Counted from the stretch's first letter, positions 8,537 to 18,651 are shown. The stretch: 32,000 nt of DNA from Nodosilinea sp. BSH.14 (GCA_023264315.1 JALQST010000001.1:1544-33543); one strand, 5' to 3'. Numbers and translations: made by a program. The notes: generated by a model from the letters alone, not told the origin.

Positions 8537-8892
8537 TGGGTCACACTCCTTCACGTTGGCGTCCGATGTTTGACTAAAGCTTATGTTTTCCGGGCTTTAG
8601 GCGGCTTGGCCCAGCCGTTTTAGTCTCCCTGTCCGACCGAGATGGCCGTTAAATGAGCTTGCGGGGGGCATTTGAAGTAGTTACACTTCTTTAAGCAATT
8701 TCATTGTTACATCTGATCTGTACCAAATGAATTTCTATCCCCCCGTCGCCCTGGCCAAGTTCAGGAATCGGCGCTGAGATGGGGATGCTGTGAGGGATCT
8801 GGTAGCCCTATCTGATAGGCTTATCAGTATCTGGCATGGTTAAGACAACTTCCAAAACATTCACTGTTTTACCTAGAGGAGGAGAGTAGTCA

Positions 8893-10425
8893 ATGGGACT
8901 ACCCTGGTACCGGGTACACACCGTCGTCATCAATGATCCCGGGCGACTGATTGCTGTACACCTAATGCATACGGCCCTTGTGGCTGGTTGGGCTGGCTCG
9001 ATGGCTTTGTTCGAGCTGGCCACTTTTGATCCAAGCGATCCCGTCCTTAACCCCATGTGGCGGCAGGGGATGTTTGTGCTGCCCTTCATGGCTCGTCTCG
9101 GCGTCACCCAATCCTGGGGTGGCTGGAGCGTCACCGGTGAAACCGCTGTGAACCCCGGCTTCTGGTCTTTTGAAGGCGTAGCGGCGGCGCACATCGTGCT
9201 GTCGGGCCTGCTGTTCCTGGCCGCCTGCTGGCACTGGGTCTTTTGGGATCTCGATCTGTTCCGCGACCCCCGCACCGGGGAACCGGCCCTGGACCTGCCC
9301 AAGATGTTTGGGATTCACCTGTTTCTGTCCGGTCTGCTCTGCTTCGGCTTCGGCGCATTCCACCTCACCGGCCTCTGGGGGCCTGGGCTGTGGGTGTCTG
9401 ACCCCTACGGCCTAACCGGCCACGTTCAGGGCGTGGCCCCTGAGTGGGGTGCGGCGGGCTTTAACCCCTTCAATCCGGGCGGCATTGTGGCCCACCACAT
9501 CGCAGCGGGCATTGTTGGGATTATTGCGGGTCTGTTCCACCTCACCGTGCGTCCTCCCCAGCGGCTCTACAAGGCCCTGCGGATGGGGAACATCGAAACC
9601 GTGCTGTCTAGCAGTATCGCCGCTGTGTTCTTTGCCGCCTTCGTGGTAGCGGGCACCATGTGGTACGGCAGCGCCGCCACCCCCATCGAACTGTTTGGCC
9701 CCACTCGCTATCAGTGGGATAGCAACTACTTCCAGCAGGAAATTCAGCGTCGGGTTCAGGCTGAAGTGAATGCTGGCGGTACTCTGGCGACGGCCTACGC
9801 TCAAATTCCCGAAAAACTGGCCTTCTACGACTACGTCGGCAACAGCCCTGCTAAGGGTGGTCTGTTCCGGGTTGGCCCCATGAACCAAGGCGATGGTCTG
9901 GCTCAGGGCTGGCTGGGGCACCCCGTCTTCAAGGATGGCGCAGGCCGCGAACTCAGCGTTCGTCGTTTGCCCAACTTCTTTGAAACCTTCCCCGTGGTGC
10001 TGGTGGATAAGGACGGTATCGTCCGCGCCGACATCCCCTTCCGTCGGGCCGAATCTAAGTACAGCTTTGAGCAGACGGGCGTTACCGCCACCTTCTACGG
10101 GGGTGAACTGGATGGCCAAACCATCACCGATCCCACCCTGCTGAAGCGCTATGCCCGTAAGGCCCAACTGGGCGAACCCTTCGAGTTTGACCTCGAAACC
10201 CTCGGTTCTGATGGTGTGTTCCGCACCAGCACCCGTGGTTGGTTCACCTACGGCCATGCCGTCTTTGCACTGCTGTTCTTCTTCGGCCACATCTGGCACG
10301 GGTCTCGTACCCTGTTCCGCGATGTGTTTGCCGGTATCGACCCCGACCTCTCCCCCGAACAGGTGGAGTGGGGCTTCTTCCAAAAATTGGGCGACACCAG
10401 CACCCGCAACCAAGAGCGCATCTAG
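8893..10425 (+). CDS. psbB: Photosystem II CP47 chlorophyll apoprotein
   Basis: [43 protein letters not shown]... over 510 aa. A GGAGGAG Shine-Dalgarno lies upstream. Confidence 0.98.
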   Translation: MGLPWYRVHTVVINDPGRLIAVHLMHTALVAGWAGSMALFELATFDPSDPVLNPMWRQGMFVLPFMARLGVTQSWGGWSVTGETAVNPGFWSFEGVAAAHIVLSGLLFLAACWHWVFWDLDLFRDPRTGEPALDLPKMFGIHLFLSGLLCFGFGAFHLTGLWGPGLWVSDPYGLTGHVQGVAPEWGAAGFNPFNPGGIVAHHIAAGIVGIIAGLFHLTVRPPQRLYKALRMGNIETVLSSSIAAVFFAAFVVAGTMWYGSAATPIELFGPTRYQWDSNYFQQEIQRRVQAEVNAGGTLATAYAQIPEKLAFYDYVGNSPAKGGLFRVGPMNQGDGLAQGWLGHPVFKDGAGRELSVRRLPNFFETFPVVLVDKDGIVRADIPFRRAESKYSFEQTGVTATFYGGELDGQTITDPTLLKRYARKAQLGEPFEFDLETLGSDGVFRTSTRGWFTYGHAVFALLFFFGHIWHGSRTLFRDVFAGIDPDLSPEQVEWGFFQKLGDTSTRNQERI

Positions 10426-10466
10426 TGATATCCCGAGCCTTGCCTAATCTGCAGGGTTAGCCTATG

Positions 10467-10506
10467 GCCCGACTGGTGAGCGTTTTGCAAAGTCAGTCGG
10501 GCTTTT
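10467..10506 (+). other. 9-bp perfect hairpin with short U-run between psbB and psbT
   Basis: GCCCGACTG-(18 nt)-CAGTCGGGC followed by TTTTC, 42 nt after the psbB stop and 72 nt before psbT. Possibly an attenuating terminator or an RNA-stability element. Confidence 0.5.
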
Positions 10507-10577
10507 CAAATGATGGGGAACAGACCCCATTGAAATCCTTGTAAACTATCCATAGATAGAGTAGGAGCTCATTAACC

Positions 10578-10676
10578 ATGGAAGCTGTCGCTTACATCTT
10601 CATCTTTGCCTGCATCATCGGCACGCTATTCTTTGCCATCGCCTTCCGCGAACCCCCCCGCATTACCAAGGACTAA
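10578..10676 (+). CDS. psbT: Photosystem II reaction centre protein T
   Basis: Below the ORF-track cut-off. Hand translation gives MEAVAYIFIFACIIGTLFFAIAFREPPRITKD*. GTAGGAG lies upstream, and the position downstream of psbB is canonical. Confidence 0.9.
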   Translation: MEAVAYIFIFACIIGTLFFAIAFREPPRITKD

Positions 10677-10782
10677 ACCCAAAGTTAAGCCGAGTTCCGA
10701 ATAGTGAGGAATGATGGCTTGAAAAACGTCCAGTTTCTCCCCGGAGATCTGGGCGTTTTTGATGTGTATTGGAAGGCGTGGA

Positions 10783-10812
10783 TAGGGTGCCTTGCTTCGC
10801 GAATACACCCTA
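10783..10812. repeat. Short hairpin repeat, copy 2 (stem TAGGGTG/CACCCTA, loop ccTTGCTTCGCGAAta)
   Basis: Read directly. It has the same loop core TTGCTTCGCGAA as the copy at 1241-1265. Confidence 0.5.
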
Positions 10813-10823
10813 CGCTACTTTGG

Positions 10824-10850
10824 GAGATGGAGGGCACTGCCCTCCATCTC
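10824..10850 (+). terminator. Strong 12-bp perfect hairpin distal to psbT
   Basis: GAGATGGAGGGC-act-GCCCTCCATCTC, about 150 nt after the psbT stop. The downstream ttgct is only weakly U-rich. Confidence 0.5.
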
Positions 10851-11114
10851 TTGCTATACCGAACTCTATTTGACTAAGTTTTACCCCCCAACACTCCGGA
10901 CAGATTTAGGCGGCTGTGGCCCCAGCCTAGGCGGCTATAGTCCCGTAATTTAGGGTCTGGTAGTTGGGGTGGGATTGAATCAAAGTTGGCTCCAGGTCGA
11001 ACAGGGTGGTAAATAGGTCGAGAAGATGCTGATTGACGGCCTGTCGTTTGAAAGAAGCGATGAAGGCAAAGCGACTAAGGACGGGGCGACTTTCCCTGGG
11101 ATGGCGGCTTCGGT

Positions 11115-11816
11115 ATGGTTTGGGAGTGGTGGATTTTTCCTGGGCGGGAGGGAGTCTTGAGCCTGAACACTCTGAGCTACCCGGCAGCGACGGGCACGGC
11201 GGATTGGCACTTGGTGGCGCTGCACGGCTGGGGGGCCAATGCGGCGGATTTGGCGGGGTTAGCGCCTTATTTGAAGCTGTCCCACTTTGCCATGACCTTC
11301 CCCGATGCGCCCCATGCCCATCCCCAGGTGCCGGGGGGCCGCATGTGGTATGGCTTCCCTTGGGGGTACGATTTCCGCCAGCCCCACGATTTTGAGCGGC
11401 AGGGCGATCTACAAACCAGTCGGCAGGTGTTGAAAGATTGGCTGTTGGATCTAGCGGAGATCAGCCAAATTCCCCTAGAACGTACCATTTTGGCCGGATT
11501 TTCCCAGGGCGGCGCGATGACCCTGGATATTGGCGGCCAGTTGCCCGTGGCGGGGCAGATTATCCTCAGCGGCTACTGTCACGGCAGGCTGAATTCCCCT
11601 ATCACGCCACGACCGGTGATGATGGTGCATGGCACCTTTGACCCTGTGGTGCCCATCGAAAATGCCTACGAGGCTAAAGATGCCCTACAGGCGCAGGGGC
11701 AGCCCGTCGCTTTTCAGGCGGTGGTGATGGGGCACGAAATTCTGCCCTCGGTGATCAGCGCCATCACCGCCTTTTGCGAAGATTTGCGGCAGGGGAGAGG
11801 GGGTACTGAACCTTAA
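11115..11816 (+). CDS. Alpha/beta hydrolase, phospholipase/carboxylesterase family
   Basis: Nucleophile elbow GFSQGG, then VHGTFDPVVP and a late GHEI (Ser-Asp-His arrangement). The size is typical. The exact start is uncertain. Confidence 0.8.
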   Translation: MVWEWWIFPGREGVLSLNTLSYPAATGTADWHLVALHGWGANAADLAGLAPYLKLSHFAMTFPDAPHAHPQVPGGRMWYGFPWGYDFRQPHDFERQGDLQTSRQVLKDWLLDLAEISQIPLERTILAGFSQGGAMTLDIGGQLPVAGQIILSGYCHGRLNSPITPRPVMMVHGTFDPVVPIENAYEAKDALQAQGQPVAFQAVVMGHEILPSVISAITAFCEDLRQGRGGTEP

Positions 11817-11918
11817 CCTTTACGATAAAGGAGTGAACTGTATAGCTCAAGGGTGGGTGAGAGCGCTAGCTTTCCCTGTGCCCAGGGCGATGCAGATAGC
11901 GTAAGGGGGAAACAGATC

Positions 11919-12131
11919 ATGCTGAGCGTCCATGTTTCGCAAGAAGCGGTCTCAGAAATGACGCCGGACACCGTGGAAGAACTAGCCCGTCGCCTAGAGG
12001 CCGATGCCTATGACAGCGCCTTTGAGGGGTTACAAGATTGGCATTTGCTGCGGGCTCTCGCCTTTCAGCGGCCAGAATTGGTAGAATCCTACGTCTATCT
12101 CCTTGATCTTGAACCCTACGACGAATCGTGA
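11919..12131 (+). CDS. Small acidic hypothetical protein, translationally coupled to coaBC
   Basis: ATG at 11919 preceded by AAGGGGGA: MLSVHVSQEAVSEMTPDTVEELARRLEADAYDSAFEGLQDWHLLRALAFQRPELVESYVYLLDLEPYDES. Its stop overlaps the GTG start of the next gene (GTGA). The track start at 11853 is less likely. Confidence 0.5.
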   Translation: MLSVHVSQEAVSEMTPDTVEELARRLEADAYDSAFEGLQDWHLLRALAFQRPELVESYVYLLDLEPYDES

Positions 12132-13438
12132 GCCTTGCCCTCGTCCCAGACCCATCGAACGCCAAGCCCCTTGTGCCTGTGGGGCAACCTCAGCCAGAAG
12201 CGGATCTAAATGCGACTCTAGATCCCGCTGGCCCACGGGTGCTGATCGGCATCACCGGAGGCATCGCCGCCTACAAGGTCTGTTCCGTCATTTCTGAACT
12301 GGCTAAGGCTGGGGTCAACGTGCGGGTGATGCTGACGAATCAGGGGCAGGCGTTTATGTCAGCCCTGACGGTGTCGGCCCTGTCTCGCCATCCGGCCTAT
12401 GCCGATGCGGATTTTTGGTCGAGCACCCAGGGCCGTCCTCTGCACATTGAACTAGGGGAATGGGCTGACCTGCTGGTGATTGCGCCCCTCAGTGCCAACA
12501 CCCTGGGCAAGCTAGCCCACGGCTTGGCGGATAATTTGCTGACCAATACGGTGCTGGCCTCCACCTGCCCGGTGCTATTGGCCCCCGCCATGAACACGGA
12601 TATGTGGCAACAACGGGCGGTGCAGCGCAACTGGCATTTGGTGCGGCAAGACCCGCGCTTCCATGCCGTGGAACCAACCAGCGGCATCCTCGCCTGCGAC
12701 CGCATCGGGGCGGGGCGGATGGCGGAACCGGAGGACATCCTGGCCCATGTGGAATCCCTAATGCACACACGGGGACAGCGGGATTTGACAGGCAAAAACC
12801 TGCTGATCAGCACGGGCAGCACCCGCGAATTTTTGGATCCCGTGCGCTTCATTGGCAACCCCGCCAGCGGCAAAATGGGCGTGGCCCTCGCCCTCGCCGC
12901 CAAACACCGAGGGGCCAACGTCACCCTCGTCCACGGCCCTATGGAGGGCGATCTCCAGGCACGGCTGGGCGGCATTCGCACGGTTTCGGTGATCACCGCC
13001 GCCGCCATGCACCGGGCCATGGTGACGTACCTGCCCCAGGCCGACTGGATTTTGATGGCCGCCGCCGTGGCCGATGTGAAGCCCGCGACCCAGTCTCCGA
13101 CCAAGCTGGCCAAGGCCAACCTGCCCAAAGCCCTACCCCTCGCCGCTGTGCCCGACATCGTGGCCGACCTCAACCGTCGCCGCCAGCCCCGCCAGCGGTT
13201 GATTGGCTTTGCCGCCCAAACCGGAGACATCGTGCCCCCGGCCTGGGAAAAGCTCCAGCGCAAGGGCCTGGATGCCATTGTGGCGAATCCGGTGGATATT
13301 CCCGGCAGCGGCTTTGGTAGCGACATTAACCAGGCCGTTTTGATCCAGGCCGACGGTGAAAAGGAGGTCTTTCCCCCCTCCCCCAAGCTGGTGCTGGCCC
13401 ATCGCCTAATCGATGCCCTGCTGGCGCAGCAGTTTTAG
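12128..13438 (+). CDS. coaBC: Bifunctional phosphopantothenoylcysteine decarboxylase / phosphopantothenate-cysteine ligase
   Basis: Flavoprotein N-domain RVLIGITGGIAAYKVCSVISELAKAG...APAMNTDMW and a C-terminal CoaB domain (LLISTGSTREFLDPVRFIGNPASGKMG). About 35 N-terminal residues precede the conserved core, so the true start may be internal. Confidence 0.9.
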   Translation: MSLALVPDPSNAKPLVPVGQPQPEADLNATLDPAGPRVLIGITGGIAAYKVCSVISELAKAGVNVRVMLTNQGQAFMSALTVSALSRHPAYADADFWSSTQGRPLHIELGEWADLLVIAPLSANTLGKLAHGLADNLLTNTVLASTCPVLLAPAMNTDMWQQRAVQRNWHLVRQDPRFHAVEPTSGILACDRIGAGRMAEPEDILAHVESLMHTRGQRDLTGKNLLISTGSTREFLDPVRFIGNPASGKMGVALALAAKHRGANVTLVHGPMEGDLQARLGGIRTVSVITAAAMHRAMVTYLPQADWILMAAAVADVKPATQSPTKLAKANLPKALPLAAVPDIVADLNRRRQPRQRLIGFAAQTGDIVPPAWEKLQRKGLDAIVANPVDIPGSGFGSDINQAVLIQADGEKEVFPPSPKLVLAHRLIDALLAQQF

Positions 13439-13466
13439 CCCCTCAAATCCCGTTGTGACACAGCCC

Positions 13467-14207
13467 CTATGCGCCGGACGCATCGCTTCTGGGTGGGAGC
13501 GGGGGATCCCCAAAGCGTTTCCATTGGCTGGGGGGCGGTGTGAGAAATTCGTAGGAACCCGCCGCTGCACCGGGGCAAGCGGTGAGGATGATGTCAAAGG
13601 ACAGGGAAATCCGCAGCCCCTCCGTGTGGTTTAGGGTGACGCCGTGGCGCTGTTGAGAGGGAAACAAAATTAAGCGCCCCTCCGTGGGCAGGTAAAGAGC
13701 CTGGTCTTGGTTGAGGTAGTTCCACTGGGCGATGATGTCGGTGTTTTCGCTGCCCAGGCCGGGGCTGACTTCGTTTTGGCGGGCGTCATCAAAGAAGGCC
13801 AAACATCCGGCCTCGTCGCTGCCCGATTCAGGTACCGCCACGTAGTACACAGCGCTGATATTGGCGGTGTTGTGGCAGTGGGATCCCACCTCCTGCTGAT
13901 GGCGCGACACCACGGGCCAAGCCCGCTGAATGTACAGATCCACCTGGCTCAGATCCAGCCCCAGGGCGTCGAGGTACTGCTGCGTATGGGTTTCCACCTG
14001 AGCGACAATCCAGGCAAAGCGCGGATCCCGATGAATTTGCTCGACCCCGTGCAAGTCCCCTGTCCAGGCCATTTCGGGAAAATTGCGCGGCTCATAGCCC
14101 GCCTTCTCCAAAGCTAGGACAGCTTCGATCAATCCTTCCCGATGGTGGGACGCATCGGGAAGATCCTCGTAATAAATCGCCAGGGGAAACCAGGTATCGA
14201 CGGGCAT
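13467..14207 (-). CDS. TIGR02466-type protein, putative 2OG-Fe(II) oxygenase superfamily
   Basis: HCHNTANISAVYYV ... GRLILFPSQQRHGV ... RISLSFD fits the H.H...SgvyY / lFPs..H.v / RiSisFN pattern I recall for this family. Confidence 0.6.
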   Translation of the reverse strand: MPVDTWFPLAIYYEDLPDASHHREGLIEAVLALEKAGYEPRNFPEMAWTGDLHGVEQIHRDPRFAWIVAQVETHTQQYLDALGLDLSQVDLYIQRAWPVVSRHQQEVGSHCHNTANISAVYYVAVPESGSDEAGCLAFFDDARQNEVSPGLGSENTDIIAQWNYLNQDQALYLPTEGRLILFPSQQRHGVTLNHTEGLRISLSFDIILTACPGAAAGSYEFLTPPPSQWKRFGDPPLPPRSDASGA

Positions 14208-14270
14208 GGCAGGGCGTAATGGGATATTCCCCTGGGATGGGGCTTCGGGACACTAGGCCACAGGGAGCCC

Positions 14271-15893
14271 CTAGGCTACCGTGACCGGTTCTGCGTCCCG
14301 TTGGGGATGGAGGGCCTGTTCCCCTTGCAGGGCGGAATAGAGCCGATTGAGGGCGTGCAGGTAGGCGTGGGCAGAGGCCACCACAATGTCGGTGTTGGCG
14401 GCGTGGCCAGAGAACACCCGCTCCCCGTGGCGAATGCGGATGGTGACTTCACCGAGGGCGTCGATCCCCGCCGTGACCGACTGCACCGAGAATTCAATCA
14501 GTTGATTCTCAATGCCCACCACTCGGTTGATCGCCTTATACACCGCATCCACGGGGCCAGTGCCAATGGCGGCATCCATCAGCTCCTGACCATTGGGGGT
14601 GCGAATGGTGACGGTGGCGGTGGGCTTGGCGCTGTCGCCGCAGGACACCTGCACCAGTTCTAAATGGAAATGTTCGGGAGCCTGCTGGGTTTCGTCGTTG
14701 ACGATGGACTGAAGATCCCAGTCAGTGATCTCTTTTTTCTTGTCCGCCAGTTCCTTGAACCGCAAAAAGGCCCGGTTGATGGACTGGTCATCCAACTCGT
14801 AGCCCAGTTCTTGCAGGCGGGTGCGGAAGGCGTTGCGGCCCGAATGCTTGCCCAGCACGATCTGGTTGTCGGTGAGGCCGATGGAGGTGGCGTCCATGAT
14901 CTCGTAGGTGAGCTTGTTCTTCAGTACGCCATCCTGGTGAATGCCAGACTCGTGGGCGAAGGCGTTTGCCCCGACAATGGCCTTGTTGGGCTGCACAAAC
15001 ATCCCGGTCAGGTTCGACACCAGGCGCGAGGTTTTGTAAATCTGGCGGGTGTCGATGTTGGTCAGAGGTTCCTCCGACTCGGCAGGACGACTGAGGAAGG
15101 GATTGTAGTAGGAACGGCGCACATGCATGGCCATCACCAGTTCTTCTAGGGCGGCGTTTCCGGCCCGTTCGCCAATGCCGTTGATGGTGCATTCGAGCTG
15201 ACGCGCCCCGTTTTTGACCGCTTCCAGGAAGTTGGCCACCGCCAAACCGAGGTCGTTGTGGCCGTGGACGGAAATCACCGCCTGGTCGATGTTGGGCACG
15301 TTTTCCTTGATGCCGCGAATTAGGTTGCCAAATTCCGTCGGGGTGAGGTAGCCCACGGTATCGGGGATATTAACCGTGGTAGCTCCAGCGGCAATCACCG
15401 CCTCCAGCATTGGGTAGAGAAATTCCGGGTCAGATCGTCCGGCATCCTCCGGGGAAAATTCCACATCGTCGGTGAAGGTTTTGGCATAGGCCACCATCTC
15501 CGGCGCAATGGCCAGCACCTCATCCCGGCTCTTCCGCAGCTTGTACTGCATGTGGATATCCGAGGTGGCGATAAACGTATGAATCCGACCCTTGGCAGCG
15601 GGCTTGATGGCTTCCCCGGCGCGTTCAATGTCCGCCTTGGTTGCACGGGCGAGGCCGCAGATCACTGGCCCATCGGCGGTGCCCACTTCACGGGCAATTT
15701 TCTGCACCGCCTCAAAATCCCCAGGGCTGGCAAAGGGGAACCCGGCCTCGATGATGTCTACCCCTAGGCGAGCGAGTTGCCGCGCAATGATCAGCTTCTC
15801 CTCCACGTTTAGCGTTGCCCCAGGGGACTGTTCGCCATCCCGCAGGGTGGTATCGAAGATCAGAATGCGGTCGGGGCTAGACGATTGGCTCAT
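14271..15893 (-). CDS. leuA: 2-isopropylmalate synthase
   Basis: [29 protein letters not shown] and a C-terminal LeuA dimerisation/regulatory domain. The start is set at MSQSS (GGGAG upstream) rather than the track start 15905. Confidence 0.95.
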   Translation of the reverse strand: MSQSSSPDRILIFDTTLRDGEQSPGATLNVEEKLIIARQLARLGVDIIEAGFPFASPGDFEAVQKIAREVGTADGPVICGLARATKADIERAGEAIKPAAKGRIHTFIATSDIHMQYKLRKSRDEVLAIAPEMVAYAKTFTDDVEFSPEDAGRSDPEFLYPMLEAVIAAGATTVNIPDTVGYLTPTEFGNLIRGIKENVPNIDQAVISVHGHNDLGLAVANFLEAVKNGARQLECTINGIGERAGNAALEELVMAMHVRRSYYNPFLSRPAESEEPLTNIDTRQIYKTSRLVSNLTGMFVQPNKAIVGANAFAHESGIHQDGVLKNKLTYEIMDATSIGLTDNQIVLGKHSGRNAFRTRLQELGYELDDQSINRAFLRFKELADKKKEITDWDLQSIVNDETQQAPEHFHLELVQVSCGDSAKPTATVTIRTPNGQELMDAAIGTGPVDAVYKAINRVVGIENQLIEFSVQSVTAGIDALGEVTIRIRHGERVFSGHAANTDIVVASAHAYLHALNRLYSALQGEQALHPQRDAEPVTVA

Positions 15894-16114
15894 GGTAACT
15901 CCCACAAGGTAGAGAATGAAGACCGTAGCAGCTACGGCGGTAGAAGTAACGTCGATACAGCACGGTAACGGCTGAGGCCAGAAACCTCCGTCACCCTAGC
16001 TTAGGGTATCTAAATAAATGTATCGATTCTAACTATTCTAATGGCAGAAAGTCGGATTCGCTACGACTTAGCCACCCAAAATTTCATCATTCACTAACCA
16101 ATGATCCCTTAAAG

Positions 16115-16918
16115 CTAGGAAGCATAGACTTCTTGGTAGAGGGATTCCAAATCGCCGCGACGGTAGAGGTAGCGGTCACTGCGGCGGGAGTAGCGGTATT
16201 CGCAGCCGCGCCGTTCTAGGTGGTGCTGAAGGTCGCAGGGGGAATGGCCAAAGCCCTTGGCGGCCTCGCTGAGGGGAATCCACTGTCGTTCTAGGAGGTC
16301 ACGCAACTGCCGCTCCGACATGTCCTGAAGCTGGGTTAACAGGTGTTGGGCCAGCAGCCAGCAGGCTTTGGCATCGGCCAAGGCACGGTGGGATTGGCCG
16401 ACGTTAAAGTCAAAATGCTGCACTAACCGGGGCAGGCTGCGAGAGGGCAAGTCCGCCAACAGCAGCCGGGAGAGAATCACCGTGCAAAATCGCTGGGCCT
16501 CGGGGCGGCTAAAGCCCTGATTTAGGCGGCGATATTCCGACTGGAGGAAGCCGTAGTCGAAGGCCAGGTTATGCCCGGTCAACACCCCCTGGCTGAGGGG
16601 TGAGATCAGTTCTGGCCAAAGATCGTGGGGAAGTAGACCTGTTTCTATCATGGCCGTAGTGATGCCCGTTAGCCGGGTAATTTGGGCCGGAACCCGCACC
16701 TGGGGATTGACCAAAAAACTCTCTTCATAGGTCATGCCCTCGGTGAGAGAACCTTGAAGAAGGCCAATTTCAATCACCCGCGAGGTGGGCGGTTTGGGGC
16801 CAGTGGTTTCCACGTCAATCACCGTGAGGGTGACATGGGCAAGTTGGCGATAGTAGGCGATCAGGTGATCCGTCCACAGTGATGACTGGGCCGTTCCCTC
16901 CACAGAGACTGGGATCAT
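16115..16918 (-). CDS. DnaQ/DEDD-type 3'-5' exonuclease with C-terminal HTH-like tail
   Basis: ExoI LTVIDVETTG, ExoII LTGHNLAFDYGFL and ExoIII HRALADA. The tail WIPLSEAAKGFGHSPCDLQHHLERRG...YLYRRGDLESLY resembles an excisionase/MerR-type HTH. The start is taken at MIPVSVEG (16918), because the longer track ORF would overlap the upstream flv gene. Confidence 0.8.
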   Translation of the reverse strand: MIPVSVEGTAQSSLWTDHLIAYYRQLAHVTLTVIDVETTGPKPPTSRVIEIGLLQGSLTEGMTYEESFLVNPQVRVPAQITRLTGITTAMIETGLLPHDLWPELISPLSQGVLTGHNLAFDYGFLQSEYRRLNQGFSRPEAQRFCTVILSRLLLADLPSRSLPRLVQHFDFNVGQSHRALADAKACWLLAQHLLTQLQDMSERQLRDLLERQWIPLSEAAKGFGHSPCDLQHHLERRGCEYRYSRRSDRYLYRRGDLESLYQEVYAS

Positions 16919-16938
16919 GGTGTGTGTTTTGGCATGGT

Positions 16939-18651
16939 TTAGTAATGGGTGCCGGTTTGACGATAGTGGACGGCGGTTTTGGCTTCGCCATCCAACACCC
17001 GTCCGGCTTGGACGGTGGCATAGACCAGCCAGTGGTCGCCGCATTCCATCCGTTCCGCCACGGTGCATTCCAAGTAGGCGATGGCGTCCTGCAAAATCGG
17101 GGCACCGTTTTCGGCGGTGTCGGTATTGATCCCGGCAAAGCGGTCTTCCCCAGGGGCAAAGGGTTTGAGAAAATGCTTCATCGGCCCCAAGTGCTTGCCC
17201 TCGGCCAGGATGTTCAGGACGAAGGAATTGCCGGGATACATCAGGGTTTCAATGGCTCGATCTTTGGCTACCGCCACCGTGAATCCGGGGGGCGTGAAGG
17301 AGGCTTGGGATACCCAGGAGGCCAGCATGGCGCTGGAGACCTCCCCCTGGCGAGCGGTGACGATGGAGAGGGAACCCACCAGTCGCCCCACCGCTTGCTC
17401 CACGGAGGAGGCCGGAGTACGGGGCTGCTTGGCCCGCTTAGCTTTTTTCAGCGCCTGGGCAAAGTCGGTGCCCACCTCTTCGCAGAATTTAAGGGTGACA
17501 TCAGTGGGCTTAAACTTCACCCGAATCGACTCAAAGCCGAGGGAATAGCCACCGTCCTTGAGTTTGCCCTCCAGCATGTCGATGGCCTCGCCACTCCAGC
17601 CAAAGGATCCGAAGACCCCGGCCAGTTGGGTTTTGGAGGCCGAAGCGAGGACAATCCCCAAGGCTGTTTGCATGGGCGTCGGCATGTGCCCCCCTAGGGT
17701 GGGCGATCCCATCAAAAAGCCCGCTGATTTTTCCACGGCGGCTTTAATATCGGCGGGATCGGTCTGCTCGGCGTTGATGGCTTCCACCGCCACGCCAGAT
17801 TTGGTGATCCCCCGCGCCAGAGCCTGGGCTAGGGTGGCGGTATTGCCGTAGGCGGAGGCATAGATCAGCGCCACCGAGAGATCCTGGGAGGTCTGGGCCT
17901 GACTCCATTGGCGGTAGCTGTGGAACAGTTCCTTGGCACTATACTGCACCACCGGGCCGTGGCCGGGGGCCATGACGCCGAAGGGAAAGGTCTCCATGCG
18001 CTCTAGGGCTGCCGTCACCTGGCGCACACTGGAGGCAAAGAGGCAGTCAAAGTAGTAGCGCCGATCCTCTAACAGGTCGTTCCATCCGAGGTCGAAGACG
18101 TTGTCGCCGCAGCGGTGCGCCCCAAAGAATTTGTCGGTATAGAGAATGTTGGCGTAGGGATCGAAGGTGGCCATGCCGCCGGGATAGCGGGGGGTGGGGA
18201 TGGGCACAAACTGAAGGCAGTGGCCTTGGCCCAAGTCCAACTGATCCTCACTGCTGCGGATCACCCGTACCCGGGGCGAGGCTTCGGACAGCAAATCCTT
18301 CAGCGCCAGGGCGGCGGGATTCGAGCAAACAATCGTCACCTCCGGCAACCGCTGAAGCAGCATCTTCAGGGTTTCGGCCCGGTTGGGGTTGACGTGGCCC
18401 AGCACAATAAAGTTCACCTGGTACAGATTAATGTGCTGCTCCAGGGACGTGAGGAACATTTGATTGAAGGATTCCCCCGGTGGGTCAATCAGTGCCGTGC
18501 GATCCCCCTGAATGAGATAGCTATTGGCTGTGGTGCCTCGCTCCAGGGCGTACTCAATCTCGAAGCGCAGGCGGTTCCAACTGCGGCAGCGCAGCACCGT
18601 GGTACCCGCCGCAATGGAATAAATTTGAACATCGCGAGATGGAGTAGTCAT
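16939..18651 (-). CDS. Flavodiiron protein (metallo-beta-lactamase + flavodoxin + flavin-reductase domains), Flv1/FlvA-like
   Basis: 570 aa with the three-domain cyanobacterial FDP layout. The position of the canonical HxExDH diiron motif reads GHVNPNR, i.e. substituted ligands as described for the Flv1/Flv2 cluster. Confidence 0.9.
   Translation of the reverse strand: MTTPSRDVQIYSIAAGTTVLRCRSWNRLRFEIEYALERGTTANSYLIQGDRTALIDPPGESFNQMFLTSLEQHINLYQVNFIVLGHVNPNRAETLKMLLQRLPEVTIVCSNPAALALKDLLSEASPRVRVIRSSEDQLDLGQGHCLQFVPIPTPRYPGGMATFDPYANILYTDKFFGAHRCGDNVFDLGWNDLLEDRRYYFDCLFASSVRQVTAALERMETFPFGVMAPGHGPVVQYSAKELFHSYRQWSQAQTSQDLSVALIYASAYGNTATLAQALARGITKSGVAVEAINAEQTDPADIKAAVEKSAGFLMGSPTLGGHMPTPMQTALGIVLASASKTQLAGVFGSFGWSGEAIDMLEGKLKDGGYSLGFESIRVKFKPTDVTLKFCEEVGTDFAQALKKAKRAKQPRTPASSVEQAVGRLVGSLSIVTARQGEVSSAMLASWVSQASFTPPGFTVAVAKDRAIETLMYPGNSFVLNILAEGKHLGPMKHFLKPFAPGEDRFAGINTDTAENGAPILQDAIAYLECTVAERMECGDHWLVYATVQAGRVLDGEAKTAVHYRQTGTHY

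Noticed and set aside
8680-8711. Two GTTACA hexamers (8680-8685, 8706-8711) and a TACA-n7-TGTA inverted repeat in the divergent ferredoxin-like/psbB promoter region; considered as an RpaB HLR1 or NtcA site
   Set aside because: HLR1 needs two (G/T)TTACA(T/A)(T/A) repeats 2 nt apart, whereas these start 26 nt apart. No GTA-n8-TAC NtcA palindrome is present. The evidence is too weak to call a binding site.
9412-10413. 333-aa ORF antisense to psbB, plus several other 60-130-aa ORFs inside 8808-10460
   Set aside because: Shadow ORFs of a GC-rich, strongly biased gene. psbB on the plus strand is unambiguous, and the antisense translations are low-complexity (Gly/Ala/Arg/Pro-rich) with no recognisable family.
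10980-11395. 81-aa minus-strand ORF and 120-aa plus-strand ORF upstream of or overlapping the esterase gene
   Set aside because: Pro/Arg/Ser-rich, no family resemblance, and both overlap the better-supported esterase frame or its leader.
12397-13386. 329-aa antisense ORF and a 238-aa alternative-frame ORF (12604-13320) within coaBC
   Set aside because: Arg/Pro/Ala-rich translations typical of off-frame reading of GC-rich coding DNA. The CoaBC frame carries the conserved motifs.
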